A stretch of 42,988 nucleotides of DNA, from NCBI GenBank assembly GCA_035710265.1, contig DASTDR010000472.1:1-42988 (forward strand). Reading direction: 5' to 3'. Origin of the DNA: Gemmatimonadales bacterium (GTDB lineage: Bacteria > Gemmatimonadota > Gemmatimonadetes > Gemmatimonadales > GWC2-71-9). Positions within the stretch are counted from its first letter, which is position 1. Each line of letters starts with the position of its first letter. The notes beneath the pieces were generated by a model. It saw nothing but the letters and a program-made list of their open reading frames with translations, was not told the origin of the DNA and did no database searches. Made by a program: the position numbers and the translations under genes. Positions 32,297 through 41,016 of this stretch are shown here, piece after piece.

Positions 32297-33715
32297 TTAG
32301 GGCTGTTCCCGCAGCTGCACGCGCCGGTTCCGGGCGCGACCTTCCTCTGTATCGTTGGGTCCAATCGGCTGGTCGGGCCCGATTCCCACCGACGTGAGGC
32401 GGGCGGCCGCGATGCCCTTGGCGATGAAGTACGCACGCACCGCGTCGGCCCGCGCCTTCGACAACCGCAGGTTGGCGTCGCGATTGCCGACGTTGTCGGT
32501 ATGGCCCTCGATCACCACGCGCAGCTCGGGGCGCTCGCGCAGCGCCGTCACGACGCGATCGAGCGGACCCTGCGAATTCAGCGTGAGCTTCGCGCTCCCG
32601 GTCAGGAAGGACACGCCCTCGAGGATGACGGGTCCTGACGCTGGGCAGCCGGACGCGTCGACCGCCGTGTTCGGGCCCGTGCCCGGACACGTGTCTCTCG
32701 CATCCGCGACGCCGTCGCCATCGGCGTCGGGCGGGCACCCCGCCGGATCGACGCCGATGCCCGCGGCCGTACCGGGACATCTGTCTTGCGCATCGACGAC
32801 TCCGTCACCATCGGCGTCGATCGGGCAGCCGCTGGATGCGTCTACGCGCACACCCGCGGGTGTGCCCGGGCAACGGTCGCTGGGATCCGCTACGCCGTCG
32901 CTGTCACTGTCCGCCGGACAACCCGTCGCATCGACGCGCGTGCCGGTCGCTGTATTGGCGCAGCGATCCTGCGGGTCGACGACGCCGTCACCATCCGCGT
33001 CCGTGCAGCCGATCGCGTCGACGGCGAGTCCGGTCGCCGTGTTGGCGCAACGGTCGCCCTGGTCGGGTACGCCATCCCCATCCGCATCGGGGCAGCCGTT
33101 CACGTCGACTCGGGAGCCCTCGGGCGTGTTCGCGCAGCGATCGGCGTTGTCGTTCACGCCGTCTTTGTCCTTGTCACCCGGCCCCCCGCGCAGCATCAGG
33201 CTGGCACCGGCCTGCACGGCGTAGTGCACCGTGGGATCCGCGACGCCGTCCGCCTGATCGAACATGTAATCCGCGATCACCTCGCCGCGCAGCGACAGGC
33301 GTTTGCCGAGACTGATCCGCAGTCCTGCCAGACCGCCGATCCCGTTCTCGGTGGCATCCACCCCGTTGCTGAATTTGTTGTACGCCCAACCTCCGCCAAG
33401 CAGGAAGGCCATCCGTTTTCCGAACGGCAGATTGCCCATCAGGCGGAGGTGGATCGGGGTGTGATCGACGTCGGTGGCACCACCCAACTTCGTGGGCGCG
33501 AGGCCGCCATCCGCTTCGATCAGGAACTTGGGAGAGAAAAAGATGCCGAGCCGGCCACCAAATCCTGGAGCATCGTCCAGGTTCAGTTGGCTGTCGTAAG
33601 CACCGTAGCGTGCGAAAGCGCCGAGCTCGATCGTCCCGCCGTGTTGTGCCGCCAGAGGGACAGCGGAGCAGGCCAGGACGGCCAGAATCCCCGCAAGACG
33701 TGTCGATGTTTGCAT
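32297..33715 (-). CDS. outer-membrane protein: N-terminal beta-barrel, thrombospondin type-3 Ca-binding repeats, C-terminal OmpA domain
   Basis: Signal MQTSTRLAGILAVLACSAVPLAAQ (start moved to ATG 33715). Repeats of DxDGDGVxDxxDxC. OmpA motif GHTDNVGNRDANLRLSKARADAV. Confidence 0.85.
   Translation of the reverse strand: MQTSTRLAGILAVLACSAVPLAAQHGGTIELGAFARYGAYDSQLNLDDAPGFGGRLGIFFSPKFLIEADGGLAPTKLGGATDVDHTPIHLRLMGNLPFGKRMAFLLGGGWAYNKFSNGVDATENGIGGLAGLRISLGKRLSLRGEVIADYMFDQADGVADPTVHYAVQAGASLMLRGGPGDKDKDGVNDNADRCANTPEGSRVDVNGCPDADGDGVPDQGDRCANTATGLAVDAIGCTDADGDGVVDPQDRCANTATGTRVDATGCPADSDSDGVADPSDRCPGTPAGVRVDASSGCPIDADGDGVVDAQDRCPGTAAGIGVDPAGCPPDADGDGVADARDTCPGTGPNTAVDASGCPASGPVILEGVSFLTGSAKLTLNSQGPLDRVVTALRERPELRVVIEGHTDNVGNRDANLRLSKARADAVRAYFIAKGIAAARLTSVGIGPDQPIGPNDTEEGRARNRRVQLREQP
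32642..33175 (-). repeat. six or seven tandem ~27-30-codon TSP3-like coding repeats
   Basis: DKDKDGVNDNADRCANTPEGSRVDVNGCP / DADGDGVPDQGDRCANTATGLAVDAIGCT / DADGDGVVDPQDRCANTATGTRVDATGCP / ADSDSDGVADPSDRCPGTPAGVRVDASSGCP / IDADGDGVVDAQDRCPGTAAGIGVDPAGCP / PDADGDGVADARDTCPGTGPNTAVDASGCP. Confidence 0.85.
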
Positions 33716-33803
33716 GGGCTCCACGATGCGCACGAGGCCGGGAGGGCCGGAATAACCCCTTAGTCTTATGCCGTTTTCGGGCTCCGGCCGCGACTTTCCG
33801 GCC

Positions 33804-36113
33804 ATGCGTACAACTCTCTTCATGGTCCTCGTTGTGTGCGCGTCGGCGCTCGAGGCGCAGGACTACAGCTGGCCGCGCGAGATCCCCGTTTCAGGGGGCG
33901 CCGCCGGAACCATTGTCCTGTACCAACCCCAGGCCGAGCAACTCCAGGGGAATGCGCTCACCGCCCGCGGCGCGATCGCGCTGAAGGTCGCCGGCCGCGC
34001 GGACCCCATCTTCGGCGCCATGTGGATGTCGGCGGCCATTGAGGTGGATCGGGACTCCGGGATGGTCTGGATCCACGATGTCAAAGTCAGCCGCGTACGC
34101 TGGCCCGATGCCACCGAGGATCAGCAGCGCCGCTTTACGCAGCTCGTCGAGATGGACTTCCCGAAAGAAGGGTTCCGCATGACGCTCGCGCGGCTCCAGG
34201 CGAGCCTCGCGTCCGCGGACGCGGAGCGGAGCCACACGGATGGACTGAAGAGCGACGCGCCCCGGATCGTGTTCAGCGAACAGCTCGCCGTGCTCCTGCT
34301 CTATGATGGCGAGCCCCGCCTGCAGCCGATTCCGAATGCGCCGCTCGCGCTCGTCGTGAACACGCCGTTCGGTGTGGTGAAGGACACAACCACCGGGACA
34401 TTCTGGCTCGGCGCAGGTGGCGCGAGCTGGTACTCCGCGCCCGACGCGAAGGGCCCGTGGACGGCGGGAGCGAATCCACCAGCGGCGGTTTTGAAGCTGA
34501 CCCAGTCTGATACGATCACCGCGACGCCCGCGAGCGTCGACACGTTGTTTGCGCCGGCGCCGGCGGCGGTGCCCCCCCCCACCGACACGGCGAGAGTGCG
34601 AACGGACTCAGCCGCGGCTCCAGGCATCCTGGGAGCGACAGTGCCTCCGGCAATACCGACCACCGCACGCACTGATACCGCGACCCCAACCCCTGCGGCT
34701 CCCCCGGCCCCGGTCGCGCGTGCTGATAGCACGGCACCGCCACCGCCGGCGATCGTGACCGCCACGGAACCCACCGAGCTCGTCTCCACGCAAGGCCCAC
34801 CCAGATGGAAGACGACCGCGGGCGGCAAGCTGCTGTACGTCGAAAACACCGAGACGCCGTGGATTCGCGAAACGGAAGGCAAGGACAACTACCTCTTGAT
34901 CGCAGGGCGCTGGTTCAAGAGCCCGGCGCAGGCGGGACCGTGGAGCTCGGTGCGGCCCGATTCGCTGCCGGCGTCGTTCAACGACATTCCGCCTGATTCG
35001 CCGATCGGCGGAGTCCGGAGCTCGATCGCGCTGACCGTCGAAGCGCAGGATGCAGTCCTCGATCTGCAGATCCCGCAGACGACCGTGGTCGTCCGCAGCC
35101 AGGCGACGTTCAACGCGAAGTACGACGGGCAGCCCAAATTCCAGACGATTCCGGGAACGCTGGTGGCGTACGCGACGAACACGGCCTCGTCGGTGCTGTT
35201 CGTGGGCGGCGCCTATTACGCGTGCGACAATGCCGTGTGGTTCAAGGCGACGAACCCGACCGGCCCCTGGGTCGTGGCCGACAGCATTCCCCGCGACGAG
35301 ATCGCGAAGATTCCGCCGAGCGTGCCGGTCTACAACGTGACGTTCGTGCAGATCTACGGCTCGACGCCGGAGGTCGTGTACGTGGGGTACACGCCGGGTT
35401 ACGTCGGGACGTATCCGTATTACGGCGTGCCGGTGTACGGCACCGGCTACACGTATCCGCCCTACGTCGGCACGGTCTACTATCCGTATCCGGTGACCTA
35501 TGGCGTATCGGCGACCTACAATCCGTACACGGGATATGGGATGGGGACGACGTGGGGGAGCGCATTCTTCGCGTTCAGCATCGGCGTCGCGATCGGCAGC
35601 AGCTATCGCTATTACCCGCCCGGCGGCTATCGCGGGTGCTTCAACTGCACCATCAACGTGAATCGGGGGGGCGGCAACGTGAACCGGGGGGGCGGGGCGG
35701 GCCGGCAGAACGTGAACATCGGAAACTCGGCAGGCGGCGGGAACCGGCAGCGCCCGTCGAGCCGGCCATCGGCCGGAACGCGGCCTGCGACCGGCAACAA
35801 CAACCTCTACAACCGGCCTGAGAACCGCGCCCGCAACGCGGATCGCTCCACGCGCCAGCGCGCGTCGTCGCAGATGGGCGCCAATCGCACGGCGCGGGGC
35901 CAGAACAACGTGTTCGCCGATCGCAACGGCAACGTGCACCGCCGGACGTCCGGCGGCTGGGAGTCGCGCCAGGGCAACAACTGGTCCCGCGATCGCGCCG
36001 GTTCGAACTATGGTCGTAGTGGCGGGAACCGCGAGTATCAGGCACGCCAGCGCAGCTCGACTCGTTCGTACGGTGGTGGCGGTGGCCGCGGCGGCGGCGG
36101 GCGGAGGCGCTAA
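33804..36113 (+). CDS. large secreted protein of unknown function with Pro/Thr/Ala linker, Tyr/Pro/Gly-rich segment and Arg/Asn/Gly-rich tail
   Basis: Signal MRTTLFMVLVVCASALEAQ (ATG 33804 inside track ORF 33768..36113). Globular N-terminal and middle regions. No catalytic motif recognised. Confidence 0.6.
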   Translation: MRTTLFMVLVVCASALEAQDYSWPREIPVSGGAAGTIVLYQPQAEQLQGNALTARGAIALKVAGRADPIFGAMWMSAAIEVDRDSGMVWIHDVKVSRVRWPDATEDQQRRFTQLVEMDFPKEGFRMTLARLQASLASADAERSHTDGLKSDAPRIVFSEQLAVLLLYDGEPRLQPIPNAPLALVVNTPFGVVKDTTTGTFWLGAGGASWYSAPDAKGPWTAGANPPAAVLKLTQSDTITATPASVDTLFAPAPAAVPPPTDTARVRTDSAAAPGILGATVPPAIPTTARTDTATPTPAAPPAPVARADSTAPPPPAIVTATEPTELVSTQGPPRWKTTAGGKLLYVENTETPWIRETEGKDNYLLIAGRWFKSPAQAGPWSSVRPDSLPASFNDIPPDSPIGGVRSSIALTVEAQDAVLDLQIPQTTVVVRSQATFNAKYDGQPKFQTIPGTLVAYATNTASSVLFVGGAYYACDNAVWFKATNPTGPWVVADSIPRDEIAKIPPSVPVYNVTFVQIYGSTPEVVYVGYTPGYVGTYPYYGVPVYGTGYTYPPYVGTVYYPYPVTYGVSATYNPYTGYGMGTTWGSAFFAFSIGVAIGSSYRYYPPGGYRGCFNCTINVNRGGGNVNRGGGAGRQNVNIGNSAGGGNRQRPSSRPSAGTRPATGNNNLYNRPENRARNADRSTRQRASSQMGANRTARGQNNVFADRNGNVHRRTSGGWESRQGNNWSRDRAGSNYGRSGGNREYQARQRSSTRSYGGGGGRGGGGRRR

Positions 36114-36115
36114 CC

Positions 36116-36742
36116 ATGCCCCATCTCGTACTCCTTGGCGACGGCATTCTCGCGAACCGGGCGCACACGAACAAAGCGCCCGATACCGCCACGACTATTC
36201 GACAGCTGCTGCCCGACTGGACGGTGACGCTGCTCGCGGCCGAGGGCTCGGCCATGGCCGCGATCCCCCCTCAGCTGCAGCGATTCCCGGCCAATCCCGA
36301 TCTCGCCGTGCTGAGCGTCGGCGGGAACGACGCGATGGGACACGCCGATTTGTTGCAGCAACCCGCGAAGTCGAGCGGCGAGACGCTCGACGCGTTGATC
36401 AAGATGGTGGACGGGTTTTCGGAGAAGTACGAAGCAGTCGTAGCGAGCGTGCGCGGCCGCGCGCCGCGCGTCGTACTCTGTACGATTTATGAGCCGCCGC
36501 TCGTTGGCAAGGACACGGCCAGTCGCGCGCGCATTCTGCTCGCACTCTTGAACGACCGGATTCTGCGAACCGCCTACCGCTCGGCTTCGGATGTGCTCGA
36601 TTTGCGCGCCATCTGCACGAATGCTGACGATTTCCGCATGCAGATCGAGCCGTCGGCGTCGGGCGCGGCGAAGATCGGCCGCGCGATTGCCGCCCTTGCG
36701 GCAGGGACAGAAGGCAGGCGGATCACGGTGATTGCGGGTTAG
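36116..36742 (+). CDS. SGNH/GDSL-fold protein with substituted catalytic residues
   Basis: Block III SVGGNDA is present. Block I reads LLGDGIL (Gly where Ser is expected). Block V reads MQIEPSASGAAKI (Met/Glu where Asp/His are expected). Confidence 0.6.
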   Translation: MPHLVLLGDGILANRAHTNKAPDTATTIRQLLPDWTVTLLAAEGSAMAAIPPQLQRFPANPDLAVLSVGGNDAMGHADLLQQPAKSSGETLDALIKMVDGFSEKYEAVVASVRGRAPRVVLCTIYEPPLVGKDTASRARILLALLNDRILRTAYRSASDVLDLRAICTNADDFRMQIEPSASGAAKIGRAIAALAAGTEGRRITVIAG

Positions 36743-36991
36743 GCGGCGAGAACGGTTGTGCCCCAGCTGTGCCCCTCGGTTGTACGGTGTAAGGAACGCG
36801 TCTAGGCGCGGGCTTTGATGGTCTGCCGATCGATCCCGATAGACGATTCAGCAGCCGGGCGATAGACGTCGACCCTAGGGAAATCCCTACGCGTGTCGCG
36901 CGGGGATTTCCCGGCTTGGGCTGCGCGACCCGAGGTGGGAGCTTCAAGCAAACGCCGTTCCCTTGTGGTCCAGTCGCCAGCTGCCAGGCAC

Positions 36992-37549
36992 ATGGCTCAG
37001 CAGTTCCTGATTACCGATCACGCGTTACAGCGCTTTGCCGAACGGCACGTCGATTCTGATGATTTGGAATCGGACGAAGGTCGACAACTGCTTCTCTCCG
37101 AGCTTGAGCGGGCCATTCCATTCGGAGGCCAGCTTGGTGGCGAGGAACTTCGCCTGCTCCCGTGCGGCTCCGTCGCCGCCATTGCGTGGCGAGATGGCGT
37201 CGGAATCGTCAAGACCGTTCTCACCAAAGAACAAGCCATCGTAAACATGGAGTCCGCGGGTGCGATTCTCAGGCAGCCTTTTGGCGTGACGCACCTGCCC
37301 GCGTTCGGGCAGCGCTTGGACACCGCCGGCGAAGCTTCGCTGGAGGATGAGCTGCGCTTCCTCGCCGAGTGGCACCTACTTAACGGCGTCGGGAAGAAGA
37401 AAAGAAATGCGCTGCTGCGTGAGCTGGGATACGACCCCGCCGGCAAGGCCGGTGACATCTATCGCGCCGCCTACCGCGCATTACGAGTGGCGCATCCTGA
37501 GAAGGATCGCGGGAGCTATAAGCGGTTGAACAGGCCTGACGAGGGCTGA
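36992..37549 (+). CDS. hypothetical protein ending in a truncated J-domain-like segment (HPE instead of HPD)
   Basis: C-terminus LLRELGYDPAGKAGDIYRAAYRALRVAHPEKDRGS matches J-domain helices I-II plus the loop. The protein ends 13 aa later. Lower GC than the core. ATG 36992 lies inside track ORF 36893..37549. Confidence 0.45.
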   Translation: MAQQFLITDHALQRFAERHVDSDDLESDEGRQLLLSELERAIPFGGQLGGEELRLLPCGSVAAIAWRDGVGIVKTVLTKEQAIVNMESAGAILRQPFGVTHLPAFGQRLDTAGEASLEDELRFLAEWHLLNGVGKKKRNALLRELGYDPAGKAGDIYRAAYRALRVAHPEKDRGSYKRLNRPDEG

Positions 37550-37799
37550 CTCGTTTTGCAATAGTCCAGGGGCGCCCGCGCACACCTCTATCCCGCTCCG
37601 AGTCCCTTTGATTTGACGCGCCCGATGAAGGGCATTCCACGAGGTCGGCAGCTGTCTCCCCATCTGGGGCTAACCCAATTGGGTCATGCATTGGAAGGAT
37701 TCCTCTGGGATAATCTGCGTTATTCCTTCAACCACCAATCGGTGGGGGCGACATGCCAACCTGCGGGCCAAGAAGTTCCTAAGCAAAGGAGGAACTCAA

Positions 37800-39017
37800 A
37801 TGCCTTCATCTATTATCAAAGCGACGATGCTGATCGGAATCTGGGTCGCCTCCGCGTGCGGAACGAAGTACGAGGAAGAAAATTCGGGGCCGCAACCGAG
37901 CGGAGCAGCTCCAGCCGCTGACGATCGGTCGCCGCAGACGCTCGCAGAAGGACAGCGAATCTTCCGACACGAGACATTCGGCAACGAAAAGTTTTGGACG
38001 GATACGGCGCGGATGCATGAGGTCGTGCAGAGCTCCGTCAGCCCCAACCTGGCGCTGAAGGTGGGACTGAAAGTCGATGCCGACGTCATTCCCCCTGAGG
38101 TCGCGGCAGCCATTAAAGCCGGACAAGTCGACCTCAATAGCCCCGCTACAACGGTGACGCTTCTAAAGCTCAATGCAGTTGTGGGGCTCAGGGGAACGGT
38201 GCAGACCATCGGCGGCAGGGACACACTGGTCCGTCTAGGTATCACGTGCGCGCTCTGTCATGCGACGGTCAGCAATTCATTTGCACCCGGCATCGGACAG
38301 CGGCGCGATGGTTGGCCCAACCGCGATCTCAACGTCGGTGCGATCATCGCCTTGTCTCCTGCCATAACGCAGGCGCAAAAAGCAGTCTATAACTCGTGGG
38401 GGCCGGGCAAGTACGATCCGCGGTTCAACGTCGACGGGAAGAGCACGCCGCTCGTTCTTCCTCCGGCATACGGTCTTGCCCAGATACGGAACGAGACCTA
38501 CACGGCCGAGGGGCCGATCTCGTACTGGAATGCCTACGTGGCCGTCACGCAGATGCATGGGCAGGGCAATTTTTCCGATCCACGTCTTGGCATCAACATC
38601 ACGCAGTCGCCCGACCTCGTAACCCCAAAGCTCGCGGCGCTGCGCAGTTATCAGCACAGCTTGCCTGCGCCTGAGCCGCCCGCCGGCAGTTTCGATCCTG
38701 CGGCCGCTGGACGCGGGCGCGTCGTCTTCAATCGGACCTGCGCGAGCTGTCACGTCGGCGCGACCGGCACGGATAACAACACTGGAAAACTCCATCCGCC
38801 CAGTGAGACCGGTATGGATGGCGCATATGCAGCGCGCACCGCAAATAAGGCGCATCGCACGACGCCGCTGCGCGGCCTGTGGCAACATCCGCCCTACTTC
38901 CACGACGGCAGTGCGGCAACGCTGGACGCGGTGGTCTCACACTACAACCGCGCGCGAAGCCTCAACCTGTCTGCCGACCAGCAACGCGATCTCGTTGAGT
39001 TCTTGAAGACCCTTTAG
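37800..39017 (+). CDS. lipoprotein di-heme cytochrome c peroxidase/MauG-family-like enzyme
   Basis: Strong SD AAAGGAGG. MPSSIIKATMLIGIWVASAC lipobox. Two CxxCH motifs (CALCHA, CASCHV). Family-typical LRGLWQHPPYFHDGSAATLDAVVSHYN. Confidence 0.7.
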   Translation: MPSSIIKATMLIGIWVASACGTKYEEENSGPQPSGAAPAADDRSPQTLAEGQRIFRHETFGNEKFWTDTARMHEVVQSSVSPNLALKVGLKVDADVIPPEVAAAIKAGQVDLNSPATTVTLLKLNAVVGLRGTVQTIGGRDTLVRLGITCALCHATVSNSFAPGIGQRRDGWPNRDLNVGAIIALSPAITQAQKAVYNSWGPGKYDPRFNVDGKSTPLVLPPAYGLAQIRNETYTAEGPISYWNAYVAVTQMHGQGNFSDPRLGINITQSPDLVTPKLAALRSYQHSLPAPEPPAGSFDPAAAGRGRVVFNRTCASCHVGATGTDNNTGKLHPPSETGMDGAYAARTANKAHRTTPLRGLWQHPPYFHDGSAATLDAVVSHYNRARSLNLSADQQRDLVEFLKTL

Positions 39018-39056
39018 GGCGCCCGTCTTCGGCTGAGCAACGCTCCAAAAAACGAA

Positions 39057-39080
39057 AGCGCCCACCAAGCGGTGGGCGCT
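39057..39080 (-). terminator. rho-independent terminator downstream of the tRNA-Cys 3' fragment
   Basis: Stem AGCGCCCACC/GGTGGGCGCT with loop AAGC. On the minus strand it is followed by TTCGTTTTTTGG. Confidence 0.7.
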
Positions 39081-39120
39081 TCAACGCTTACGGAACCGTG
39101 TAAGTCATTGTCCAGCTGGG

Positions 39121-39147
39121 AGAGGCGCCGGTCGGAATCGAACCGAC
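39121..39147 (-). repeat. 27-nt exact copy of the T-arm/acceptor 3' end of tRNA-Cys (att-type direct repeat; partner at 42052-42078)
   Basis: agaggcgccggtcggaatcgaaccgac occurs identically at both positions. The sequence diverges immediately outside the repeat. Confidence 0.85.
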
Positions 39148-39283
39148 CTCCTTTTGCGCGACTTGCCTCACGGGTGCGTCGCACCGCGACCTCTCCGCCA
39201 GACAGTCGCAACGTCGTCCGCCGGCTGCGCATCTGCTACAAGAGGACTCGCCCGCCCTCTCGCCGCACCTGAGGAGTGTCACG

Positions 39284-40951
39284 ATGCGACTGCCCCTATC
39301 AATATCTTTGAGCCTCCTCGCTCTGTCTCCAGTACTCGTGCTCGCCCAGCGTGTTGGCGGCGGCCCTAGGGACTCGACCCGAGCGCAGGCGCCCAAGCTC
39401 CGGATAGACCCACGGCTGATCGCTGAAGCGGCGGAAGTCTGGACCCTAATCGCGGCGCCGCAGAACCCCATCTGGCCCGGCTGGGACGCATCCGATACAC
39501 CCATCCTCTTTTACCTGCCCGGTGAGCAGGATGTCCTCATTAATCACCCACGAGCGCCAGCGGGATTCGTCCCCTATGAAGGGTTGATCCGGTTCGCGGG
39601 GGGCCGAATCCTGATCCGGGATGGACCCACGACCCTTGACGCGGACGGCCAGAACACGTCGCGCGACATCGCAGGCGTTCGGACGCTGGTGGTTTCCGAT
39701 GCTCTCTCGAACCTGAGACAGCAGATCCGCAGCTTGTTGGAAGACCCGCGACCCACACGCGAGAAGATCCAGGACCTCAGCTTCTCTCAGTTGGCTACGG
39801 ACCCCTATGAGCAACTCATGCTCATCGTTCACGAGGCCTTCCACGTGTTCCAGCATCGTGTGGCTCCCGCCCGCGGTGCCAATGAGATGCTCCTGCTGCA
39901 CTACCCTGTGCTCTCGATCGAGAACAACGTCGGCTTCGCGCAGGAAGGAGCCGCTCTCGCCTCGGCTCTGAGGTCCGACGCTGGACCGGCATTCAGAGCT
40001 GCCGTCATACGGTGGTTGGCGCTGCGACGGCAGCGTAGATCCCTGCTCCCTCCTCAGGCAACAGAGTACGAGAACGGAGTAGAGTTCGGCGAAGGGCTGG
40101 CCAAGTACGCCGAGTACCGGCTGCTCGAATCGCTCCAGGATCGACAGCCCCGTCCCGAGATGTGGTGGGCTCAAGGATTCTACGGATACGACGATCTGGC
40201 GTCCCGACGCTCCGCACTCGTCGACCGGATGCTCCAGCACATGCGCGGCGAGATTTCGGTCAACAACGACCCCTACGGCACCGCACCGCTGCGCATGAGA
40301 CTGTATTTCTCCGGTATGGCAATTGCTGCCGTGCTCGACCGCCTCTCCCCGCGGTGGAAGGATCGAATCCTCGAACCCCCGCGGTCCCTTACCGATCTCG
40401 TAGAGGATGCGGTCGCCGCCAGCGCAACCGATCTGGGCGGGGCGCTGGAAGAATCGCGCAGGGAGCCGGACTACGAGGCGCTCGTCGCCGCCAAGCGACA
40501 CTTTGCGCGGCAAGGTCGAGCGCGAATCGACACGATGCTCGCGCAGATCGAACGGGGCACCGCGACCGGGATCGTTGTTGAGTACGGGGCCCTCGAGACT
40601 CCACGAGTGGGGCTGGCGTTCACGCCGTTCGGCATCATCGTCGTTGACAGCAATCGTACCATCTATACGCAAGTCCCTATCGAGGCCCGCTTTCCCGACG
40701 GCTCCGAGATCGTGCAGACGGAAGCCACGCCCCTCTTGCACGACAGGAACGGCAGGCTGATCCGGTTCCGGTTGTCGAGAGCGCTATCCTCCGGGGAGGT
40801 ACTGCGAGCCCTCGGCACTGACATGCGGGCTACGCACGACGCCCGGGAACTGAGGCTGGAACTCCCAGGGGTTCGGGTGAGTGCTCCGCGTGCGACGATC
40901 CAATGGGATGGAACGGACCTTCGGATTCTCCTCACCCCACACCGAGAGTAG
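39284..40951 (+). CDS. secreted HExxH-motif protein (putative zinc metallopeptidase-like), unknown family
   Basis: Signal MRLPLSISLSLLALSPVLVLAQ. LMLIVHEAFHVFQH motif. GAGGAG SD lies 6 nt upstream. Confidence 0.5.
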   Translation: MRLPLSISLSLLALSPVLVLAQRVGGGPRDSTRAQAPKLRIDPRLIAEAAEVWTLIAAPQNPIWPGWDASDTPILFYLPGEQDVLINHPRAPAGFVPYEGLIRFAGGRILIRDGPTTLDADGQNTSRDIAGVRTLVVSDALSNLRQQIRSLLEDPRPTREKIQDLSFSQLATDPYEQLMLIVHEAFHVFQHRVAPARGANEMLLLHYPVLSIENNVGFAQEGAALASALRSDAGPAFRAAVIRWLALRRQRRSLLPPQATEYENGVEFGEGLAKYAEYRLLESLQDRQPRPEMWWAQGFYGYDDLASRRSALVDRMLQHMRGEISVNNDPYGTAPLRMRLYFSGMAIAAVLDRLSPRWKDRILEPPRSLTDLVEDAVAASATDLGGALEESRREPDYEALVAAKRHFARQGRARIDTMLAQIERGTATGIVVEYGALETPRVGLAFTPFGIIVVDSNRTIYTQVPIEARFPDGSEIVQTEATPLLHDRNGRLIRFRLSRALSSGEVLRALGTDMRATHDARELRLELPGVRVSAPRATIQWDGTDLRILLTPHRE

Positions 40952-41016
40952 CCCTCCAACCGCGAACGAACCCTGAAGCCTGGATCATACCTGACTGGAT
41001 GATGGCGGGCGGCTGG

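Noticed and set aside
32642-33175. Tandem repeats that might suggest a CRISPR array or satellite.
   Set aside because: They are in-frame ~27-30-codon thrombospondin type-3 calcium-binding repeats inside the OmpA-family gene. There is no spacer/repeat architecture.
39118-39200. Possible second tRNA. GGAGAGG ... CCTCTCC can pair across ~78 nt, and the stretch includes a perfect T-arm.
   Set aside because: No D-arm or anticodon arm can be drawn; the interior folds as GGTGC-GAC-GCACC instead. The acceptor pairing would leave 12 nt after the T-stem. It is better explained as a 27-nt tRNA-Cys 3' fragment plus unrelated sequence.
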